Shown in pieces: positions 22,753 to 34,553 of a stretch of DNA of 64,000 nt. This stretch comes from Blasia pusilla (lineage: Eukaryota), in assembly GCA_050084515.1 (NCBI GenBank), contig CM114271.1:37882001-37946000 (forward strand). Direction: 5' to 3'. Under the pieces are notes generated by a model. It saw only the letters and a list, made by a program, of their open reading frames with translations, was not told where the DNA came from and searched no databases. The number at the start of each line of letters is the position of its first letter. Within the stretch, counting starts at the first letter, position 1. The position numbers and the translations under genes are program-made.

Positions 22753-23316
22753 CAGGCTTGGATGCGGGCTCCATTAGCCCGTATTGCCCGCGGACCGCAC
22801 TCGTGCCCGGGCACACCTAGCAATCCGCTAGTGCGCATTATGCCCGACCCCCAATTTTCCATCGGATCCGCGTCGCAGACAAATTAGGTCGCGTCGTGCC
22901 CTCTGATTCGTCGCTTCGGGCCTAGCCTGCGTACATCCCGGAAGCGGGCTTTGTGGCCCACGACGAAGCGTGTGTGCGGGCCTGCGAGCCCCCCGCCCTA
23001 CCCGCATACGGGCCTGCAATGTCCGCCCCTCAAGCCCTCGAGCCCTTCCCCGCCCGCATGCAGACCCGGGAGCCCCCATGCGGGCCAGCAAGCCCCAGTC
23101 CCCCGCTCGCATATGACCCCCCCCCACCCGCCCGCATACGAGCCCGCGACACCCACCCCCGGGGCCCATGAGCCCTCCCCTGCTCACATTTGGGCCCCCA
23201 AGTCCCCCCTTTGCGGGCCCGCCATAGCCCGCTGTGGCCCGCTGTTCCCACTAACCCCGTGGGGACACGCGGCGGCCTGGGAGTGATTGGGGCCAAGTTC
23301 GAACTTGGCCCCAATC
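22753..23316. repeat. GC-rich segment with repeated TGCGGG/CCCGCA motifs, ending in a perfect 32-bp palindrome; resembles a transposon terminal region
   Basis: The motif occurs in both orientations near 22762, 22974, 23001, 23052, 23078, 23130 and 23211. The palindrome GATTGGGGCCAAGTTC|GAACTTGGCCCCAATC spans 23285-23316. Confidence 0.6.
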
Positions 23317-23977
23317 CCCTCCCCTCCCCTTCCCCTTTTTTTCCTTTGGGGTAAAACCCATCAGGGAAGGGGCCCACAAGGGACCCAAAAATGTACATAT
23401 GGAGGGGGAGTGAAGGAGTTAATTAACTAATTATCACTTATTTTCCCTATCTTTTAGTGATATTTTGGATTAGGCTCCAAATTTTTATGGTGTCTTGATA
23501 GCTAAGGGCTTTCAAGATTACTAAGAACTTTGGAGAAATCCCTTGGGTGCCTTTTGGGAGTACTTGAATTTTATTTGGGACCAACTTGGATATTTGCGCT
23601 TCTTGTTGCATCTGAAATAAACTCCAATTGACTCCACATTAGATGAGTGTTTGTGAGTGTGGAAATCTCTTGTTTCACTAAACTTGTTGGGTAATTTTGA
23701 GATTTCCGATTCATAGACCCGAGTATTTTGTCTTGTTTCATTGGTTCTCCTTAGCACATCGGGGATGTGGAGGTGATCAAGGATCCTTGTCTAAACACGC
23801 CCAAATCTACCTATTCCCTTTGAGAGCCCAACCCTAAACTTCCATCATTCAAACGCTAGTACATTCAGAGCCATTTTTCTAGCATCTCACCTCATTCTAT
23901 TTTTAGTATTTTCTTATCTCAACCCATATATTTCTTTCCCTTATATTTTAAGATATTATCTTCTTCATCCAAGGGAA

Positions 23978-25316
23978 ATGTCTAGTGGGGCTGATCATCG
24001 AGAGCGAGAGAGAACCGAAATGTGTCTAACGTTGGTGCCAAGAGGCAAAGAATAACTCTGAGGAATGATTTCAACATGGCCATAAGAGAGGCATGGTTAG
24101 ACTAGTTTTTCCAACTTTCTTTAGACAAGACACGATCCTACATTTCGAGGGATATGGATGGTTTACATGACTACTCCTTGGAATTGCAGAGATTTTCCCA
24201 TAGAGTGGCAAAGGCATTTGACGGGGAAGTGGATGCCGCGGAGGCTGATAGGTTGACTAAACGTTGTGCCCAACAAGGTGTTAACCTGAAGAGAGCGTAT
24301 GTCGATCTCAAGACGTATAAGGATGAGAAGCAGAATGCTGCAGAGTCTGCTCTCCTAGAAAGATTTTGTATAAAGTTAAGAAGTGCTCAACGTCTTTTCA
24401 AAGGACGTAGTACTTCTCTGGAGTTGACATTGACCGTTCCATGTGCAATAACTTTGATTTTGGATAAGAATGTAGTAATAGGACATGACCCGAGCGATAT
24501 GAGGGGAACCGGTTTACACAACATTGAGTAACGTTGTAAAATAAACGAAACCGATGGCTTTAGGGAAGAAATGTACTATTGCATGAAGGTGTATAAGGAA
24601 CCATCTCTATCAGGATCTAGAAAATCGATGATGCCAGAGGAGTTGTTTGCAAGTATTTTACATAGGGGTGTGGTTCGCATGGTGGGAAGGTTGATCAAGG
24701 ATCCATTGTGTGGACACCATGCGACACCTCGAAAATTGGTTGCAAGCTTGCTATAGCTTGAAGAACGGTGGGGGAAATCTAGGAGAGTTGGAAAAGATGA
24801 GATGCCTCGCAATAGCATCAATGTCGTCAAGCTTATGGTTTCCCTTCTTGGTACCATGGAGATTATCCACAAGCATGGGGATTTTCATACCGACCTCCAT
24901 GCTAGAAATATGTTCATCCATTTTGGATCCAACTCTAGCCCATACATCGGCGTTGAAGATTGGGGGAATGTCATGTGGACTGATGAAGTCTTGGAGTCTC
25001 CTCATAAATGGTGGCAGCATGAAAAAAAAACCATGTTGGGCATATAGCACCGGAGTTGACAACAGGGCCTCAGAATCTCCCTTTTAGCAAGGCCACTGAA
25101 ATCTAAGCCCTACGAATAATTGTGAAGAATTTGAACTATGTGACATACAACCTCTCTATCGGGAATGCCCAAGCGAACGTGAGATTTACTTATTTGGAAA
25201 GGATTTGAAAGTGGGCATTAGCTCCGAATCCCTCTGATCCCAAAAGCTTAGAGTTTCTTATTGCATATATCAGAGCAAATGCAAAAGTATTAGCTGTAGA
25301 CGATGTTCGGGATTAA
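23978..25316 (+). pseudogene. Protein kinase-like pseudogene, apparently intronless
   Basis: Subdomains appear in order: GTGLHNIE*RC (I), YCMKVYK (II), EELFAS (III), HTDLHARN (VIb), EDWG (VII), HIAPEL at ~25041-25058 (VIII), SKATEI*AL (IX) and LAPNPSDP (XI-like). Stops and frameshifts interrupt it. Confidence 0.85.
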
Positions 25317-25532
25317 GGCCAATAACAGTGATAGTATGATTGTAAACCCGTTTGAGGATTGGATATTTTTCATGAGAAATGAAAGACTTGGTTCAAAAAG
25401 ATGAATGTGTTACTATGAAATTTGTAAATGATGAATCTTGATTGATGTGCAGATATATCTTGTGCCATCCTATCACTATTATTGGAAGCATTTCTAAATC
25501 ACCTTTCTTTTTTTATTTCGATAAAAGACAAG

Positions 25533-27127
25533 ATGGAGTTGCCACCTCAAGAAGACTGTAGCCCTCACGCCGACGGAAGAGGGGAAGAACCCCTCGATAC
25601 ACCGACACCTGAGATCCCTCTGAAGGTGAACAAGAAGATGGTCTCGCAATTCATCACGGAAGATGAATTGAAGGCACACTTGGATAGCGCTATTGACCTA
25701 CAAGTTTTAAAAGGAGAGTTCAAGAAGTCGCGTTGAAGTGGCCGGAGTGTGGGATTGGAGAATTTGCAAGGAATATAGAATACAGTGATTGGACGAAGGA
25801 TTGGGCTTTATTCAATGGCGTCCGAAAGTACAAAGACTTCCCCAAGAGGAAGATGAAGTTAGTGAGCAAGGTATTTGTTCAGCTCAAAGTCACAGATTTT
25901 ATGAAGAATATGGAGGTCCTGTATGGCAATGTGGATGAGGGGTCTCCGAGAAGAGATAAGAGACCAAGAGAAGAAGACAGTAGAACCCACGACAACACTT
26001 TAAACGAGCAAGAGTGGAAGCTTCATCACCATGAGCGTTGTCATGCCATTATTAGCAAGGTGGATTGTCAAGGAGCGTTAGAGCCATACTATCTTCTTTG
26101 GATGGTCAAAAAAGAAATCGTCGTGCTGAAGAATATATACAAGATGAGAGTGGAGATAAAGGGCGAGTACAAATGGGGGCGGAGGATAGAAGAGATGGTT
26201 TGAATGACCTCTATGTAGGTCGTAGTACGAGCTTTGATGAGCCCGGGGGAGAGTTCTGATCGCCCTATACATAGCGGTGCTCCTCCCCAAACCTTTCGCG
26301 GGGAGAGTGCTCTTGATAATAGCGAGGTAATATCTCGTCTACCACGTTTGGAGAGTTTAATAACAAATTCCCAATGCAATTTTGATTTGGACGCGGAATT
26401 CAACGTTCTAAAGGGGAAGTATGAACAGCTATCTGAGGAGCACATCCGATTGAAGAAAGAGATGGAGAGGATTTTGATCGAATCTATTGCCACAGATGAC
26501 CTCCATAGAAGGCAAAGAGCTGTAATGGTTGACCACACAGAGCAGTGGAGGAGAGCATACAAGAACATCATGGCAAGATGATAGCAAGAGATGGATGAAT
26601 TGTTGTGATGGAGAGCAAGAGGTAATGTGGAAGAACTCACCCCCGAGACAACCCTACTTGAGGGTCATCTTGTGAAGGAGGTTGATATGATCTTATTTCA
26701 ACCTATCGAGCAGTTGTGGCCTCCGGCACTACGCGTAGCATGGGACAATGTTGTAGATCCAAACGCTATGAAATATGCCTCTATGATATTGGCACCAACG
26801 CCTCTTAATCCAAACACACAAGTGCAAGATCTTCCAGATTGGATGAAGGCAATCGCAGTATGTGAAGGAGGGGCCCTCACGCCAAACAACTGGCCCAAAT
26901 GCATGATCTATTTCCACCCCATTGCTGCAGAAGGTTGCTACGTGAGAGGCACATATAAAGCTTGTTATTGGCATCCATATTGTCTTCAAAAGGCCATGCT
27001 ACTATCTCACAAGTGTCCAACTTGTAGACAAGCGTGGTCAGGAAGACTCTATCACCTTTTTGGCATATTTTTCCACGCTCTTGATGGCAATGTACCACCC
27101 ACTTATCGCAAATTAACCCGAGAGTAA
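25533..27127 (+). pseudogene. Coiled-coil plus RING-type zinc-finger gene, degenerate
   Basis: Consecutive plus-strand ORFs (25482, 25733, 26234, 26627) are broken by frameshifts and stops. They include a heptad-like stretch (EFNVLKGKYEQLSEEHIRLKKEMERI) and CMIY...GTYKACYWHPYCL...KCPTCR, a RING pattern in which two Cys appear as Tyr (TAT, plausibly from TGT). Confidence 0.65.
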
Positions 27128-30100
27128 GAAAATTTCACTTTCAGTTTGGGACCTCGTAGCCCCCATCAAACTAAAACCCCAAAGTGAACATAGACGGGGT
27201 GGTTCAAACAGAAATCCCTCGCCAGCGGAGGATTGATCGGGCAATGGGAGCATGGTTGGTCTGCTTCATTGACATGTACGATCGAGGAGAGCTCATCCAC
27301 GGAACACCCATTAATTAGAGCATCAACATTTCTGCGTTTTCATGCTAGTAATACAACATGATCAATATCACCAAATGACAATAACTCGAGAGCCTTACGG
27401 CTTCAAGTATTTTGAAGGGCCAAGATCCTTGGCTCTTGGGAGACATGGCAAAGTTCATGTCTAGAAAAGGATTCACTTTTGGAATGTGGTATAAGTCCGG
27501 AAAGTAATATGAATATCAAAGAAGAGTTTTAGTGCATAATTGCTTGCAAGCCAAGGAGGGAGGAGTCTTTTGTGGATGTTATATAGCTTATCCATGACTC
27601 TCAAGCAAGGAGGAGTTATTAAAGTGGCCAAGCACAAAGAGAAAAGAACCCTATTATTTTGGCAGGAAGTTCAAAATCATCTAGAAAAGGGCACTAGCAA
27701 CTTTGGGAGTCCCTTAAAATGTTCCCATAAAATCCGAATTTTCACCAAATGCAAAGAGAAAACTCTTGCCTTCTACTTTCTATTTTAATTCTTACTAGCT
27801 TGTGCCTAAACGAACTTTGGACTACTACGGAATTGGAAAATATACTATGGGAAAGGTTATTTACCAAGTTTGAGACGTAAAAAAAGATTGGCTACCATCA
27901 TCGTTGGACTTATTCATCAAAGTTTTGGATATCAATTTCATCTATTTTCCAGTGTTCTTGTTATATTAAACAAAGTAATATCCCCTCGTCAAATTATAAT
28001 ATAGATGTGCGAAGGCCAACCACCCACTTAAAAGAATGGGTGTAAGAGAGAAATACCAGATATTATAAGAAGAAATTAAAAAAAAACTCCCCCTACCTTG
28101 CATCCATCATTCACAAACAATTGCATCCATCATTCAAATGTGAAACTTTAGGAAAATTGACGTGAAAAGTAGGTTTCTTTGTTAAATTAAAAAAAAACCG
28201 GCTACAATGATGAAATTGCCCATTACCTTAATCTTTCTCTCGGAAAAGTACCGGTATGCGTCAAAATCCTTGCCGAGCACTGTTCACAAATGTGGTAGGT
28301 GAGTTTCAAGCTTCGGCGATGGAGTCCGGACCCCCTTCGGTCGAGAAAAAGACTCCGCTTGGCGCCTTTTCCGCCTTGGAAAAAGAGCCACTCATGCCTC
28401 TTCGCAGCACTCAACTACCGCCCCAACAGACACACTGCCTTCATGATGGAATTGACTTATGACTACTAGCCCTTTGGACTAAGTCTCGCTCCTTCCGGTC
28501 TGCGTCCTCAAAGTCGAAAGCTTGCAAGAGATGCCTTTCGAACTTTCTTGCATGTGGGAAGTAGGAAGTATGGCATGAAGAGTGCAACTACTGCATCACA
28601 ATTATTAAAAACGTTGGCGCGTAATTTCGGCAACAAAGCTTGTGGATCGTGAATGCAAGATTCGAGAATTGAGGGAGAATTGTAATGTGAAACTTAGTCT
28701 TGCATTACATGAAAACTCTTAACAACCTTCCAATTTAAACCCTTGGGTTTGAGCTTATTTTACTGGATATGTAGGTCTTCCAATTTAAACCTTCCAAATG
28801 GGTAAACTATTCATTACAAGAGAAAAGGAAAAGCGGCAAGTCCAGTCGAGGCCATGGTAAGAGCCCCAGAATGTGGACACACTCCCACGGAGACATATTT
28901 TCGTTGAAACATAACGGATTTTCCGTGCCAATGAGGTCATTATTTTTAAGCTTAGCCTGCATGGGGGCAGTTGAGATCTCCTTCGATCAGAGTTCAAACC
29001 TTATCCCAAAAGTCCCATCCGTTTTATATGTGTCTGCGATCTATTTCGAAAAGAGATTCAGTGTGGTACTTGGCAGAAATTTTATTTTGAGAAACCAACG
29101 CTCACAGTTCACCAATTTACCACGATCCTCTGGCTCTTGAAAATCAATCTCAGTCGGTGAAAAAGATGGGGCATAGAACTATGCTGGAATCGCAGGACGA
29201 AGAAATCTAAGATGGACGCAAACCTTAAGATCATCCCTTTAGTCGGAAGGAAACCGTGTACGTATGCAGGACTGATTCAAGTCCAAAAGTCAAAGGCTAT
29301 TAATTTCAAAGTTAACGGGCCCGCGTACTCGAAAGTGAACGATTGATCCTGTTTGTTTGTGTCACTGCTTTCCCAGTGCTGCAACATCTGGAGTCCAGGT
29401 TGATAGAAACTAGGTGCACGGAGATCTTAAAAGTTGAATTTCAATACTGGAAAAGGATCCAATCAAAAAAGTTGAGCTGAAATATTCCAAAAGACTTCAA
29501 GATTTCAGGAAAACAGAGTTCAGCTTCACATTAAAGCACAAATTAAGACTCCATAAACAAATTCAAAAGAAGCTGTCGATTTCACTCACAGAAATCAAAA
29601 CAAGAAACTGATAGTCTGTGTTAACTTAATTTGGTTTCCATAATTATTGACAGTCGCACTGACAATAAGGGAAATGAGGGAAAGCAACACAAATATCCCA
29701 TCCCTCGGTGATGCTCTTGGCATTGATACTCACTGTGGCCCATATTCGTGTTTGCAACGACCGATTTGTACGCATGAACAGATCAGTCCCACGTGTCGAC
29801 AGTGAAACGTCTTCAAGCTGAAGGTCGATCAAAACCGGGACATATAGCATGAAGTATAACAAAGTTCCAAAAACAGTTTTTAGAAATTTTCCTTTTAATT
29901 TTATACGGGGAGAGGACTAGGAATCGTGGCACGTTTGAGAGCTTCCAGAAAATTTTCACCACTAAATCTGCTGAAAATATAGGAACGTCGATGACCCTTG
30001 ATCTCACGAAACTGAAAAAAAACTAAGCAACTTCAGGTCATTGTATGCGAGCCTTTGGTACGGGAAATAGGCACGAAGAGGAAAAAGCACCAATGCACAC

Positions 30101-30598
30101 AAAGATTTCTGTGCCTTAAGAAATCCGACTATCCTAGCATAAAGTCGAACAAATCCGAGTTATGACACATTTCATCAACAATCGAGAAGCGAAAAACAGA
30201 GGAAGGATTTCAAAACGCCAAAGTCAGAGCTGCACAGCTTTGGTCAAGATGTGGGAACTCTCTTGCAAACCAAAATCCTTTTTTTTTCAAGGTTCGCAGG
30301 GAATGAACTTTAATTCGCGCTCAAAGTCTCTTGCACTCCGTGTGGTAAATAGTGCTTTCAGAAGGAACTATGGGTAGTTGTGACGTTACAGTAATGTTTG
30401 GTCTTTTATTTTCACTCCTATCGAACTTTTTTTTTTCTTGATTGAAAACTCTGATCCCAAACTTCTTCCTATCGGATTCTTTTTCCAAAGCTCTTCATTG
30501 AACTCTAGAGAATCGCTCTTTGCCAGCTTCCGATGTAAATTGTTAATGGGAAGTGAAGGTACTAGATTGGCGGGTTTGGATCCTAAGGCATAGCACTT

Positions 30599-30604
30599 TA
30601 TAAA
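30599..30604 (+). promoter_or_regulatory. Probable TATA box of the third PR-10-like gene
   Basis: TATAAA ~155 bp upstream of the ATG at 30758, a spacing similar to the two paralogs. Confidence 0.55.
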
Positions 30605-30757
30605 GGAATTCAACTCTACTCATCTTTACATCCCATCCCTCACAGGTTTCTGATCAGACCACGCTCACGAGTTCACATTTGTTCGATCTCCTCCTCTGCT
30701 TCAGTACTCCCTCCTTGGAATTTGTTGTCGCCCGCTCTGCTCTTGCAACCGAAACTC

Positions 30758-31907
30758 ATGGGTTCCTTCGATCATGACGTCGACTTGGAGGTGCCTGTTG
30801 GCAGCGTCTGGGAAGCCTTGAAGGAACAGGATACGCTGGTCCCAAAGATCCTACCGGAGGCAGTCAGCAGCATTGAGCAAGTTGGGGGTCCCGAGGGAAA
30901 TGTTGGCGCCATTCGCCTCATCAAGTTCGGCTCCTGTAAATGAATTTCAACTCTTCTCCACAGAAACTGAACTCTTCATGAATTATTTGGTTATTTCATC
31001 GCTACTCCATCAACTCTGGCACTGTGTGCATTTATGAAACTGTGTGCTGCATCTTCGAGTCAGAGTAAGTGGGCAGACGATAGTGTGAAGGGAGCGGTAG
31101 TTATACTGGTGACTGATGTGCTACCTCTTCATCTTCAGCTTATTCGACTGTAGTGACTAAAATCGATATGGATCTGTGGCGATTTGAAACTGCCCCTCTT
31201 GAAGATGTGTCCAAATCCGGTTTCACCGGCCAATGAAGTTCTCAAGGATTGCATATATTTTTTCTTTACTAATCCATGAAGACTACTTAGAAGTGAATTC
31301 CTCAAGAATACCTTAAGTTCTTGCGATCATTTGTGCTTAATGCCCTATTCAATTTCGATTGGTAGTTAAGGCCCACAAATGTTTTCTCTCATCTGTCGAT
31401 CCAATTACAATTCACCCTCCCCTCGAGCTCTCTGTCTTTACATCGGGAAAGCTATTTAGCATACACCTTAAAGTTGATCTGTGTTCCAATCTTCAATATG
31501 TAGCGGTGTGACGACGTGTGCAGAAGTAGAGTTCTTCGCCAATGGCCGCTCCCGTATCTACATGTTCCTATGCCGAAAACAGAACTTACTTAAATTCTTT
31601 TGTTTTCTGTTTCATTCAAGCGGCTCCCGAGGGCGCCTTTGTGAAGGAGAAGCTCCTGAGCTTCGACATTAAAGAAGGAAAACTTGTCTCCGAAGAAATC
31701 GAAGGAGGACATCTCATGATGGGCTTCACTAAATGGGTGACCAGAGTTTTGATCTCGCCAGTCGGTGATGCCAAGACCAAGGTTAGTTTCTCCATAAACT
31801 ACGAGGGTGGCTCAGCAGACAACACCGATGGAGCTGTTGAGCAAGCCAAGGCAGCCATGACGACATTATTCAAGACATTGGAACAGCATTTGAAAACTAA
31901 AGCTTGA
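30758..31907 (+). CDS. Bet v 1/PR-10/MLP-like (SRPBCC) protein, 154 aa; exons 30758-30935 and 31621-31907
   Basis: MGSFDHDVDLEVPVGSVWEALKEQ...GGPEGNVGAIRLIKFGS joins SAPEGAFVKEK...EIEGGHL..GFTKW...LFKTLEQHLKTKA across a phase-1 GT-AG intron (30936-31620). The spliced length is 465 nt, in frame. Confidence 0.92.
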
Positions 31908-34492
31908 CTGAGTTGATGCGCATTCAACGACCGCTCGAATTTGGTCATTAAGTAGTTATCGGTCCACCTATCGTGGATTGTTAGTCTTCACAGAAGAGTA
32001 ACAATTAGTGAAGATCTCAGTGAAGAACCATTCTCCAGAGTTCGATCTGGCAACGCATTACAGTAGAAGGGCTTTCCATTCTGTATCTGTGGTGTATAAC
32101 TATAGGCCTGAGTTTAAATTCACGAGCGCTTCCAGGGTGGGTTGAATATGCGTGCGGTATATGAGGCAGAGTAAATTATCATCTGGCTAGACAGTTTTTG
32201 CTGCCTTACAAGGTAAGACGCAGAGCTCCTCGATCTAACTCACTGCGGGGAGTTAAAATAACTGACTTTTCTCCTATTGGAGATGACCCTTGAAACTCGA
32301 ATGAAGAACAGGACGATTGCTAGCATAAACTACAGGAATTGTGTAGTGATCGTTTGATGGTCTTGCTAAATAAAGCTCTACGCTCATGCTCGATCAGTTT
32401 TCTCCTCCTACGCTCATTGGATATGCAATCTACGTGCTGTTCAAAGACTTTAGATGGGCGAGCCTGACAGAGTGACAGTGAAGTTACAGTTCTGAAGATA
32501 ATGGATGGATCGGATGATTCGGATGAATGTACTCATTCCGCGGAAACCCACGGCCGAAAGAGCGCAGCTTACCTTTCCTGGTACAAACGATCGATTAAAT
32601 CAATTCAAGCTCTCCGCACGCTCTTCTCTACACCGCAATGGTTTAGAGCAGTATGATAAGCTTTCAGTTGGTAAATTTCAAACTTCGATTCCCAACTTGT
32701 GCATTTTTGTCTGGCTCAATTGTTGCCCAGATCTGGAGTCGCATGAGTTGAATTCTGGTGGGTGAAATGGTGTCGATCTTCTCATATTGCAGGTATAATT
32801 TATTTAAAAGAGATGGGTTTGACCCCTCCTCTGGTGTCGACACGTAGGCTTTTTACAGCCTTCCCGTATTCCGTATTGACACGTGTTGAAGCGATATTAA
32901 GAACTAACGAAAAGAATCATTTCCCATCCTGTTGATGTATCTAGGTGAGGAAATTACTTCAGCATTGGCTCAGGACTCGAGTAATAGCTGATATTACTAA
33001 GTTGAAACCATGCAAATTTCCGACAAAGAAATCCCAAAAGTTTGTGTGACGCGTCTTTCACTTTAAAATCCTCTGTATGCGTTTAGAAGTATGGAATCAA
33101 GGCGTTCTGAACTACCCTTTGCAATCAGCTCGTCTGCAAGTGAAAATAAACTCTTTTTGCAATCCGGCTCATTGCAGTGATTTTGGTCGCTAGTAGGAAG
33201 GCCCCCTTCTTTCTCCTGGGACCGGTTATGACCTCTTGAGGTCTATTTTTTTTTCTCTCTATGCCCCCTCGTTTGTATCGTGATGGGTTCCCATCCTTTT
33301 TTCTACGTATATTTTATTTCCCCTCAGAAAGGGCATCGGGCTCCAGATCCATAGAGTTGAGTGCTTCGATTTTTCTTAAAAATGGGACTTTGCCAAGAGG
33401 ACGGAATCACGGATCGATAGAACGGATTGTGCTACGCAGAAAAATTAATGCAGACTTCAAAATTCATTCCTCTCTCATTTCAGTTTTTGTCTTCTAGGTA
33501 CATGTTAGCCAGACCTAATTAATAACAAAAAATTATATTAAATGTTCCACTGTTGGGATAGGAGGGACATTAAAGATTGCGTGTTTGGATGCGGAGACCC
33601 GGTGGAGATAGAAGTTGCACGACATTTCGGATAATTGCATTGACCTACAAGTTGAAGATAGCAGCGTCTGTACTTTTCCAGAATGATGCAGTAACCTGGA
33701 AATCCATAACTGTTCAATTTTTTTTCTTCTAATCGGCGCCAGAATTCTGAATGAGTCGGAAGTCGGGACTTCATCTATGGTCGAAGGGATGAAAGTAGAA
33801 CTTGTGGATTTTCCCAACATATCCCATTAATGCTGAGGTCAAAGAATGGGATGTCAAAATATTTTACTCATATTGGAACCTCTCTATTTAATCATTAATT
33901 AATTACTAGGGAGTTGCCCCTATAACTGGAATTATTTTTAAGAGAATTTTCTGCCTTTTCCTCTTATCTCCAATCTCTGCCCCATCTCTCTGTTTACTCT
34001 ACCCTTAACTTGTCGCTCTTCTCTCTTAATTTTAACTAACGTGGCAGGAGAGTACTGGGCAGAGGAGGTCAGGTGTCGACAGTAAAGGATTCTCTCTGTT
34101 AATGGTATACATTGTCAAACGAACTGCATTTTCTCCGCTGCACACTGGCGGTGCAAAAGTAAGAGTTACCTCCATTCAACTGAGACCCCGGTCGTAAAAA
34201 AGTTCGCAGTCGTTAGCCGGATTTCGGGATTCTCAGACGGGAGTTTGCGAAACGCTCGGAGATGGGTCACATGGTCAGAAACTATAAATGTCGATCAGTG
34301 ATGAATCTATGACGAAAGGAACTGTCCTTTCTCGTATAGTGACGCGTGAGACTGGAACGAAGTGCACTTGTTTATACAAATATCCACCTGTTTTGCTTCC
34401 TTCTCTGACTCATGGCACCCATAAAGGAAGTCTGGATGCGTGCGAGTCTGCGACAGCTTCGTTTCTGTGTCACGTCTGTCCCACCGGACTTG

Positions 34493-34553
34493 AAAGGACT
34501 GGGAGTGTGGGACTCCCTCTGAGTCCAACTGACTCCCACACTCCCAGCCCTTT
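34493..34553. other. Stem-loop with a 20-bp stem (one mismatch) and a 21-nt loop
   Basis: AAAGGACTGGGAGTGTGGGA (34493-34512) pairs with TCCCACACTCCCAGCCCTTT (34534-34553). Confidence 0.8.

Noticed and set aside
22828-23398. Overlapping Pro/Gly/Arg-rich ORFs on both strands
   Set aside because: Expected from stop-codon scarcity in very GC-rich repetitive DNA.
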